A DNA stretch of 20,000 bases from an uncultured virus (IMG/VR IMGVR_UViG_3300005537_000025) (taxonomy: Duplodnaviria > Heunggongvirae > Uroviricota > Caudoviricetes). The first letter of the stretch is position 1. The number at the start of each line of letters is the position of its first letter. Positions 9,068 to 15,391 of the stretch are shown here, one piece after another. The stretch lies in the IMG/VR virus record IMGVR_UViG_3300005537_000025. One strand, 5' to 3'. Position numbers and translations under genes: made by a program. A model generated the notes under the pieces. The model saw only the letters and a list, made by a program, of their open reading frames with translations, ran no database searches and was not told where the DNA came from.

Positions 9068-9486
9068 CCGGGACCGCCCGCATCCGCTGGGAGCAGGCCC
9101 GGTACGGCGGATGGAGCGGCCACGCCGGCACCCTGGACCGGATGTTCATGATCTGGGGAGACGCCAGGTGCTGGACGCTCAGCTCGGCGTTCCCCGTCCT
9201 CTGCGAGAGGTACCGGCGGGACGAGGACCCAGAGGTGCTCAAGCTGGCCGCCGAGGAATGGCTGGAAGAGTTCGCCGTCTCGCTCGGCGCGGTGTTCCCT
9301 GGTGCCGCAGAGGCCCGCTGGGAGGCGCTGAAGGGCTACCTGACCCTCAGCGCAGAGCAGACCGAGGCCGCGCTTCATGCGGCAGAGGCTTCCGGGGAGG
9401 TCGCTGACGCGATCGCGTGGGGCACCCACACCGGAGCCGCGATGTCAGCGCTGGCGAAGATGAGCGAACTGGAGGCCGGGCAGTGA
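9064..9486 (+). CDS. Hypothetical protein
   Basis: GTGA overlaps at both ends. Confidence 0.65.
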   Translation: MTGTARIRWEQARYGGWSGHAGTLDRMFMIWGDARCWTLSSAFPVLCERYRRDEDPEVLKLAAEEWLEEFAVSLGAVFPGAAEARWEALKGYLTLSAEQTEAALHAAEASGEVADAIAWGTHTGAAMSALAKMSELEAGQ

Positions 9487-9824
9487 CCGCGATCAGGCTC
9501 AGCCACGAGACGTCTGACGACCTGGTGGTCATCACCGTCGCCGGGTCCGTGGACTTCCGCACCGCCCCGCAGCTTCGCGAACTGGCCAGGAGCATCACCG
9601 AGGAGAACATTGCCCCGCTCGTCATCGACCTGGACGGCGTCACGTTCCTCGACAACGTGGGCGTCGGCGTCCTGGTGGGCGCGATGAAACGTCAGGAGGC
9701 CCGTGGCAGCCAGTTCGCCATCGCGTGCACCGCCGAGCCGGTGCTGCGGGTGCTGCGGACCATGGGCCTGCTCGGGCGCATGGGGGTGCGCGGGAGCGTC
9801 GACGAGGCCGGGGTGAGGCCCTGA
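9483..9824 (+). CDS. STAS-domain anti-sigma factor antagonist (SpoIIAA/RsbV/BldG-like), with DNVG in place of DS[ST]G
   Basis: VVITVAGSVDFRTAPQLRE…LVIDLDGVTFLDNVGVGVLV…VLRVLRTMGL; GGAGG RBS. Confidence 0.88.
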   Translation: MTAIRLSHETSDDLVVITVAGSVDFRTAPQLRELARSITEENIAPLVIDLDGVTFLDNVGVGVLVGAMKRQEARGSQFAIACTAEPVLRVLRTMGLLGRMGVRGSVDEAGVRP

Positions 9825-10096
9825 TGAGTGCCGATCCGGCGGCCGTGCCTGCGGCAGCCGGCCCTGAGCAGCCGCTGACTTGCGAGACGTGCCGGCACGC
9901 CACCGCCACCCGGCTGGTCGTCGCCGACTGGCTGACCGGGCTGTCGCCGCAGAGGCGGACCCGGATGGAGTGCGAGGAGTGCGCCGGGTATTCGGTGCGG
10001 GCCTCAGCCGGGTTCACGACGCACGTGCGGCTCTGGGTGTACGGGCTGGAGCTGCTTGAGATGACCGCCGCAACGACAGGAGTGGACAGCCGATGA
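9824..10096 (+). CDS. Hypothetical protein with two CxxC motifs
   Basis: TGATG overlap; CETC…CEEC. Confidence 0.65.
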   Translation: MSADPAAVPAAAGPEQPLTCETCRHATATRLVVADWLTGLSPQRRTRMECEECAGYSVRASAGFTTHVRLWVYGLELLEMTAATTGVDSR

Positions 10097-10326
10097 CAGG
10101 ACCGGAGCACTTTCGCATAGCTGAGCGGTTCGCCATGGCCGCCGCGGACTACGAGGGCGAGCTTCGTAACCATCACGTCCAGGCCGGGCAGCTCGCCCAG
10201 GTGCACGCGCTGCTGGCGCTCACCGCGGCGACTGTGCTCGCTGAAGGCGTGAAGCTCGGCGTGATCCCGCTAGCCGAATACGGGCAGTGGGATGAGACAG
10301 CCGCCGTAACGGCGGGAAAGGAGTAA
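10093..10326 (+). CDS. Hypothetical phage protein (MTGPEHF…AQVHALLAL)
   Basis: AGGAG RBS; ATGA overlap. Confidence 0.75.
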   Translation: MTGPEHFRIAERFAMAAADYEGELRNHHVQAGQLAQVHALLALTAATVLAEGVKLGVIPLAEYGQWDETAAVTAGKE

Positions 10327-10329
10327 CGA

Positions 10330-10824
10330 ATGGGCCGGTCAACAGACGCGATCCTCGCCTACGGTTACGACCTGGGCAGCGCCGACGACGAGTGGAAGGT
10401 CCGCGAGGTCGGTGAGTACGGGGAGCTGGCTGTCCCCTGGCACGACGAGCGGTGCAGCCACTGGGATGACCTGAGCGCGTTCGCCGCTGAAGCCGAGGAC
10501 GAGCTTCTGGCCGCTGCCGGCTTCACTGCGGAAGACGGCTCGGCGGACTATTACCAGCACCGCGAGGAGGCGCTGGAGCTGCTCGGCGTCACGATCGTCA
10601 TCCACTGCTCGGATACCGCGCCGATGTTCATCCTGGCCGCGAAGGCGCTGGAGGCGAGCCGGGGCAACCCGCAGGACGCCGGCGGACTGCTCGGCGCGGA
10701 CGAGGCGACCCGGCGCGGCTGGGACGAGCAGCTCGCCGCCGCGCTCGGGACGCTCGGCCTGACGCCGGTCGCGGAGAAGCCGGCATGGCTGCTGTGCTCG
10801 TACGCGGACGGGTTCGATGACTGA
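10330..10824 (+). CDS. Conserved phage hypothetical protein (STDAILAYGYDL…HCS…P…W…SY)
   Basis: AAGGAG RBS; motif pattern recalled from actinophage proteins. Confidence 0.78.
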   Translation: MGRSTDAILAYGYDLGSADDEWKVREVGEYGELAVPWHDERCSHWDDLSAFAAEAEDELLAAAGFTAEDGSADYYQHREEALELLGVTIVIHCSDTAPMFILAAKALEASRGNPQDAGGLLGADEATRRGWDEQLAAALGTLGLTPVAEKPAWLLCSYADGFDD

Positions 10825-11122
10825 CCCGGCAGGGCACGCACCAGACCCCGGTCCCGTCCGTGCCGAGCTGGCCAGGATCAGGAACCGGGCCGCGCTCGCA
10901 TACGCCAGCCCGGCGGCAGCGGGTGCATCCGCCGCTGATGTCCCCCGGCTCCTGGCCGCGCTGGACGCGGTACTGGGGATGCCGGGGAAGTGGGACGAGA
11001 TCGATGACGGCCCGGTGTCGGCGCTGACCGAGGATCGCGGCTGGGTCCGCGCCGCGTGTGCCCGTGACCTGCGCGAGGCGATCACCCGTGAGCTGCTCGG
11101 GGAGGAGGGCGCAAGTGGCTGA
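10817..11122 (+). CDS. Hypothetical protein
   Basis: 8-nt overlaps at both ends; DVPRLLAALDAVL motif. Confidence 0.65.
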   Translation: MTDPAGHAPDPGPVRAELARIRNRAALAYASPAAAGASAADVPRLLAALDAVLGMPGKWDEIDDGPVSALTEDRGWVRAACARDLREAITRELLGEEGASG

Positions 11123-11411
11123 CGACCTGGCCGCCGCACTCGACGCGATCGAGCAGCGCAACGAAGAGAACATTGCGAAGCTGAGCCTGTCTGGTTCCAC
11201 TCTCCGGCGCACCGCCTACTTCGATCTCCGCCGCACCCTGGCCGCGCTGCGGGAAGCTCTCACGACCCATCCGCTGTCGGCGACCCCCGAGACAGCGCAG
11301 GACGGCACCCTGATCTGCTCCCGCTGCACGTGGGACGCGGGCCACCGGATGACCGAGGCCGAATGCGTGCTGCGGCTGGCCATGCTCGACAGGCTGAAGG
11401 AGGACCACTGA
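11115..11411 (+). CDS. Hypothetical protein (H…CxxC…C)
   Basis: GGAGG RBS before GTG 11115; TGATG overlap downstream. Confidence 0.68.
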   Translation: MADDLAAALDAIEQRNEENIAKLSLSGSTLRRTAYFDLRRTLAALREALTTHPLSATPETAQDGTLICSRCTWDAGHRMTEAECVLRLAMLDRLKEDH

Positions 11412-11518
11412 TGACGTGCTCCCTGTGCGTCTACACCCGCGAGGCGTGCCCTGACTGCGGTGAGTGCGACTGCTCGTGCACCTGCTACGACGACGAGGAG
11501 GACAGCGATGGCACCTGA
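11411..11518 (+). CDS. 35-aa Cys-rich micropeptide (8 Cys)
   Basis: AAGGAGG RBS, TGATG coupling; MTCSLCVYTREACPDCGECDCSCTCYDDEEDSDGT. Confidence 0.65.
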   Translation: MTCSLCVYTREACPDCGECDCSCTCYDDEEDSDGT

Positions 11519-11861
11519 CCAGTATCTGAAGCCGGAACCCCCGACCGGCTCCGTGGTCGCCATCGACTGGGGCGAGCCGCGTCAGGAGGTGTGGGTGTCG
11601 AACAAGGCGAACATCGGCAACTGGTACACCACCGACACCCCCTGGGATAGCCAGCACCCGGACTGGTACGACGTGCTCCGGCGAGCGGAAGGCCGCACGA
11701 TGACGCTCCTGGTGCCAGGCGACCGGGACGCCTACGCGGCCGGGTTCGATGCGGGCGTGGCCAGCGTCGGCGAAGCGGTGGGCAACGCTGTCGAAGAGAT
11801 GCGGCTCTACGTGAACGGGAGACACCCGGAGGTAGCTGGCGATGGCCCGCATGCTCACTGA
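11508..11861 (+). CDS. Hypothetical protein
   Basis: GAGGAGG RBS before ATG 11508. Confidence 0.7.
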   Translation: MAPDQYLKPEPPTGSVVAIDWGEPRQEVWVSNKANIGNWYTTDTPWDSQHPDWYDVLRRAEGRTMTLLVPGDRDAYAAGFDAGVASVGEAVGNAVEEMRLYVNGRHPEVAGDGPHAH

Positions 11862-12342
11862 CATGCCAGCTGGCAAGCCGGACGCCATGCGGGCGCTCTC
11901 GATCAGGCAGCCGTACGCCTGGGCGATCGCCATCGGGGCGAAGCCGGTCGAGAACCGCACGTGGGGAACGGCCTACCGGGGCCTTATTGCCATCCACGCG
12001 AGCAAGACCAGACCGGACCGCAGCGACGTGGAGAACTACCTCATCCTCGATGCCGTCGAGGCGTGCGGGTTCGAGATCGATGAGGCCGCATCCGGCCAGG
12101 GCGTCATAGTCGCGGTAGCCGGCCTGTCCGGCTGCCACCTGAGCCCTGACTTCGGCGGGACGTGCGGCGCGACCCGGCCGCTGTGCTCGCCGTGGGCGGT
12201 CCGCGATCAGTACCACTGGCTCCTGGAGAACGTCCGCCCGCTCGCTGAGCCGGTCCCGTGCCGGGGTGCTCTCGGCCTGTGGCGGCTACCTGATGACGTA
12301 GAGAAGGCAGTACGGAAGCAGATGGAGGGGAGCGATGGCTAG
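11842..12342 (+). CDS. ASCH-domain protein
   Basis: ALSIRQPYAWAIAIGAKPVENRTW…YRGLIAIHAS…PVPCRGALGLW (GxKxxExR motif). Confidence 0.92.
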   Translation: MARMLTDMPAGKPDAMRALSIRQPYAWAIAIGAKPVENRTWGTAYRGLIAIHASKTRPDRSDVENYLILDAVEACGFEIDEAASGQGVIVAVAGLSGCHLSPDFGGTCGATRPLCSPWAVRDQYHWLLENVRPLAEPVPCRGALGLWRLPDDVEKAVRKQMEGSDG

Positions 12343-12451
12343 CGGCAGGCCGCTGAACTACACAACCGCGATCCCGGCCGCGCAGACGGTCGGCGAATGC
12401 CAGGCCGTACTCGCTGCCGCTGGCGCTGCTCTACGACCGGCGGACCGATGA
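12335..12451 (+). pseudogene. Truncated N-terminal fragment of a conserved phage protein (LNYTTxI…TVGE.Q..LA.AGA family)
   Basis: GGAGGGGAG RBS; MASGRPLNYTTAIPAAQTVGECQAVLAAAGA, then 7 unrelated codons and a stop. Confidence 0.6.
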
Positions 12452-12657
12452 GCAGAGGAGCGCCGGCCTGTACCCGCCATGGCCAGAGGACTCGTCACCC
12501 GAAGAACTGGCACTGTCCGGGGAATGGCGGGCCCGTGCCGCCGAGATCGAGGAACGTGCGTCCTGGCCGGACGGGAAGTACAGGCATACGGCACCGGACC
12601 TCAGGTGGTAACCGCTTATTCCCTCACCGTGGCGTGATATTTCAGCCCGCACGGAAC

Positions 12658-12675
12658 GTATCACCGTGATACCTT
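12658..12675 (+). promoter_or_regulatory. Palindromic operator overlapping an extended -10 element
   Basis: GTATCAC-C-GTGATAC (12658-12672); TG-A-TACCTT ends 6 nt before GTG 12682. Confidence 0.55.
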
Positions 12676-12681
12676 GCCGAC

Positions 12682-12870
12682 GTGAAGCGCACCACCGAGC
12701 TGTGCCCCCACTGCGAGCAGCCGATGCCGGAGAGACGGACCTGCGCCCGGCCGGACTGCGGGAGCGCGTTCAGGAACCGCCGGGCTGACGCCGTGTACTG
12801 CTCGAAGGGCTGCGCGAGGGTCATGGCCCAGCGGGCTCTGCGCGAACGGCAGCGGAAGCTGGCGGCATGA
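12682..12870 (+). CDS. Small zinc-finger DNA-binding protein
   Basis: CPHC, CARPDC…F…R.DAVYCSKGC plus basic C-terminal helix; ATGA-coupled to next gene. Confidence 0.72.
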   Translation: MKRTTELCPHCEQPMPERRTCARPDCGSAFRNRRADAVYCSKGCARVMAQRALRERQRKLAA

Positions 12871-13526
12871 GCAACCGCCGCAAGCTGAAGACCGCACTGG
12901 CCATCACCGCGGCCGTCGCGAAACAGCAGCCGCGCAGGCCCTGGAACAAGGGCCTGGCCCTGACGAGGAACCCGTCTCTCAGCACAGTGCGGCGCTGGCT
13001 GGAAGCCGGCGTGGCCGAGGGCATCATCGACCGGCAGCCCATGCCGACAGGGAAGCCCGGCCGGCCGCCGATCTTCTACCGGATCTCGGAGAAGGGCCTG
13101 GAGCAGGCCAGGGAACGGCCGCAGGTCCCGGCGAAGCTCCGGATGGAGCAGCACCGCAGGTGGCTCAACGCACGGAAACGACGGCTCGACCAGCGCAAGG
13201 CAGCCGCCACGCGGGAGCTCAGGCACGCGGAAAGCGACCTGCGCATCGCCGAGAGGCAGCTGCGCGAGCTGGAGATACGCCGCGACGCCGCCGCTGAGCG
13301 GCTGGCAGGGCTGGAGGCCGTGGCCGAGATGCTGTACGACGCCTCTACCGCGCTCGACCGCGCCGGCTACGACCCGTCGGTGCTGCTCCCGGAGGAGATC
13401 GACGTGCTCACCGAGCATGGCTGCGTCGCCCCGGATGGTGACCGGCTGTACTTCACCCGGGACTGGGCCGGTGCGTACGCTGAGGCGCGAGGCGGCGGTA
13501 TCCAGCCGGTCCCGGCAACGGCATAA
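12867..13526 (+). CDS. Winged-HTH protein with coiled-coil C-terminal region
   Basis: STVRRWLEAGVAEGIIDR…GKPGRPPIFYRISEKG wing motif followed by an R/E/L/A-rich heptad region. Confidence 0.72.
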   Translation: MSNRRKLKTALAITAAVAKQQPRRPWNKGLALTRNPSLSTVRRWLEAGVAEGIIDRQPMPTGKPGRPPIFYRISEKGLEQARERPQVPAKLRMEQHRRWLNARKRRLDQRKAAATRELRHAESDLRIAERQLRELEIRRDAAAERLAGLEAVAEMLYDASTALDRAGYDPSVLLPEEIDVLTEHGCVAPDGDRLYFTRDWAGAYAEARGGGIQPVPATA

Positions 13527-13560
13527 CCGGCTCACGGCGGCCACGCCTGACGACAGGCTA

Positions 13561-13597
13561 AGCCTGCGCCGGTAGACTCCGGTGCAGGCTGTTTCTT
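13561..13597 (+). terminator. Intrinsic terminator
   Basis: AGCCTGCGCCGG-TAGACT-CCGGTGCAGGCT 12-bp stem (one G-U) followed by GTTTCTT. Confidence 0.7.
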
Positions 13598-13749
13598 GAC
13601 AAGTCCATAACCCATGGCGTGCCCGTCCGCCACTGACGGGGCGGCAGGTTCACCGCGCGCAGCCAGGCATCCCTGGCCGGCGCAGATGCGGGAGCCTGCC
13701 CGGGACAGCTCTGCTGCTGTCCGCTGTACTGAACGTCCCCCGGGCTGTC

Positions 13750-13920
13750 CGTGCGAGCGGCCCGGTGGTGCCCGGAACCCCCGGGGGCCGCTCGCGTGCA
13801 GGTCACACGGCACGAACCCTGGCTGGATTGAGCGGCGGTTAAGCCGCTAGAGGCCAGCATTCAGGACCGCTCGCAAGCCACCGCATTCCCGCAGGCCATA
13901 CCCGGTGAAAACCGGGAGCG
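13750..13920 (+). promoter_or_regulatory. CRISPR leader
   Basis: Non-coding region at the non-degenerate end of the array; inverted repeat GCGAGCGGCCC (13753-13763)/GGGCCGCTCGC (13785-13795) plus a third copy CCGCTCGC (13867-13874). Confidence 0.65.
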
Positions 13921-15054
13921 GTCGTAACGCATGCTCAGCTGCGTACCTGCTGAGACCATGTCCATGGTCGTCGCCTCCTCACGTTTGTCCTACGGTCGTA
14001 ACGCATGCTCAGCTGCGTACCTGCTGAGACCGGGATTAATGGTTGCACTCGATCTAGGGCAACGTTAAGGTCGCAACGCATGCTCAGCTGCGTACCTGCT
14101 GAGACGAACTCAAGCACCGCTTCGGCAATCCTGGCGCGCTCATGGTCGCAACGCATGCTCAGCTGCGTACCTGCTGAGACCACACGCAACGGTAAGTTAG
14201 CACTAATTTAGCGCTAGTCGCAACGCATGCTCAGCTGCGTACCTGCTGAGACCTCAGATCCCATGCGTCGGGCGGGATGTCCACTCCGCGGTCGCAACGC
14301 ATGCTCAGCTGCGTACCTGCTGAGACCACCACCACCTACCCGTGCCATGAGTGCATGCGGCGTCGCAACGCATGCTCAGCTGCGTACCTGCTGAGACGCT
14401 GTGGGTGGAGCGTGCGGCTGAAGGCACCCTGGACGTCGTAACGCATGCTCAGCTGCGTACCTGCTGAGACCCACGCCGAGGCAGCGAAGCCAGTGGCGTG
14501 TGCGCGGTCGCAACGCATGCTCAGCTGCGTACCTGCTGAGACCTCCGTTATCCCAGGAACGGTGAAGCATACCCTGTAAGAGTCGCAACGCATGCTCAGC
14601 TGCGTACCTGCTGAGACCACCACCACCTACCCGTGCCATGAGTGCATGCGGCGTCGCAACGCATGCTCAGCTGCGTACCTGCTGAGACTGAGCTGAGACT
14701 GGCCGCGGGTGGAGCCCTCGTCCTGGTCGCAACGCATGCTCAGCTGCGTAAACGCTGAGACCCGGCTGTCCCAGGTGCGCTTGTGTTCGTGCGCGTTGTC
14801 GTAACGCATGCTCAGCTGCGTAAACGCTGAGACGACGCCTACCTGGTCGGCCTGACCGCTACCCCGGTCAAGTCGCAACGCATGCTCAGCTGCGTAAACG
14901 CTGAGACGTGATGCCGACGCAACACGAGTCTCCGCCGGGCTGCGGTGGTAACGCATGCTCGGGTGCGTACCTGCTGAGACATCCACCTCAATAGCGCCTC
15001 GACCCTGGGGCCTCTGCGGCCGCAACGTCCGCTCAGCGCCGTATCTGCTGAGAC
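13921..15054 (+). CRISPR. CRISPR array: 16 repeats (36 bp, GTCGCAACGCATGCTCAGCTGCGTACCTGCTGAGAC) and 15 spacers (35-39 bp, 14 unique)
   Basis: Repeats start at 13921, 13995, 14070, 14145, 14217, 14291, 14362, 14435, 14507, 14582, 14653, 14726, 14798, 14872, 14945 and 15019; last two degenerate; 3' hairpin CTCAGC-N9-GCTGAG then AC. Orientation inferred from degeneracy. Confidence 0.98.
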
Positions 15055-15174
15055 ATCCATCTTGAGATCGCGCCGATCGCTGCGACCACGAGACGGTGCG
15101 AGTCAGTCTCCGGGCATTCGTGGATGGGGTTCTGCCTGACGGCGGCAAGCCGACTCGGCAACCCGGCGGACGGC

Positions 15175-15198
15175 GTTTCTGGGGAATTCCTGGGGACG
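15175..15198 (+). repeat. Integrase arm-type site, left copy
   Basis: GTTTCTGGGGAATTCCTGGGGACG, identical to 15438-15461; each copy contains tandem CTGGGGA. Confidence 0.8.
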
Positions 15199-15225
15199 AG
15201 ACTAGCCGTGAACGTGAGCGGATAT

Positions 15226-15245
15226 CGCTGAACGCCGCTGAACGC
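15226..15245 (+). repeat. Tandem 10-bp direct repeat (possible Xis/accessory-protein sites)
   Basis: CGCTGAACGC x2 between the left arm site and the core. Confidence 0.5.
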
Positions 15246-15347
15246 GACTTTGCCGTTGGGCCTCTGACCTGGCGAACCGAAAACGTCCTGGTCGGAACAG
15301 TGAGAACATCCTGGTTTAACGTAACCCGTGAACTTACGGCTACTTTC

Positions 15348-15391
15348 TTCGGGACGAAGAGGCCGCCGGTTCAAATCCGGCCACCCCGACC
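15348..15391 (+). mobile_element. att core: 3' half of tRNA-Pro(CGG), attP-like
   Basis: TTCGGGACGAAGAGGCCGCCGGTTCAAATCCGGCCACCCCGACC: anticodon loop, T-arm GCCGG-TTCAAAT-CCGGC and 3' acceptor strand; no 5' half or D-arm upstream. Confidence 0.88.

Noticed and set aside
241..13544. Long minus-strand and alternative-frame ORFs over the early region
   Set aside because: Shadow ORFs of high-GC DNA; the coupled plus-strand tiling with RBSs explains the region (exception: 6638-6847)
13596..13625. TTGACA promoter for the array
   Set aside because: No TANNNT at 16-19 bp spacing, and it overlaps the terminator tail
13680..13700. Anti-repeat/tracrRNA candidate CGCAGATGCGGGAGCCTGC
   Set aside because: Complementarity to the repeat is short and gapped; not convincing at this GC content
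14031..14216. CIRCE-like half sites (TTGCACTC, TTAGCACT) in spacers 2 and 4
   Set aside because: The second half-site GAGTGCTAA at 9-nt spacing is absent
14689..14699. Repeat-end duplication GCTGAGAC at the start of spacer 11
   Set aside because: Spacer length is normal and it reads as coding sequence (ELRLAAGGALVL); probably chance
15055..15075. Post-array sequence ATCCATCTTG as a guide against the repressor/xis promoter
   Set aside because: Only a 7-nt match (CATCTTG); expected by chance
13935..15148. ORFs across the CRISPR array with repeated VSAGTQLSMRC peptides
   Set aside because: Translations of the repeats, not genes
15348..15391. Functional tRNA-Pro gene
   Set aside because: 5' acceptor strand, D-arm and 5' anticodon stem are missing; treated as att core
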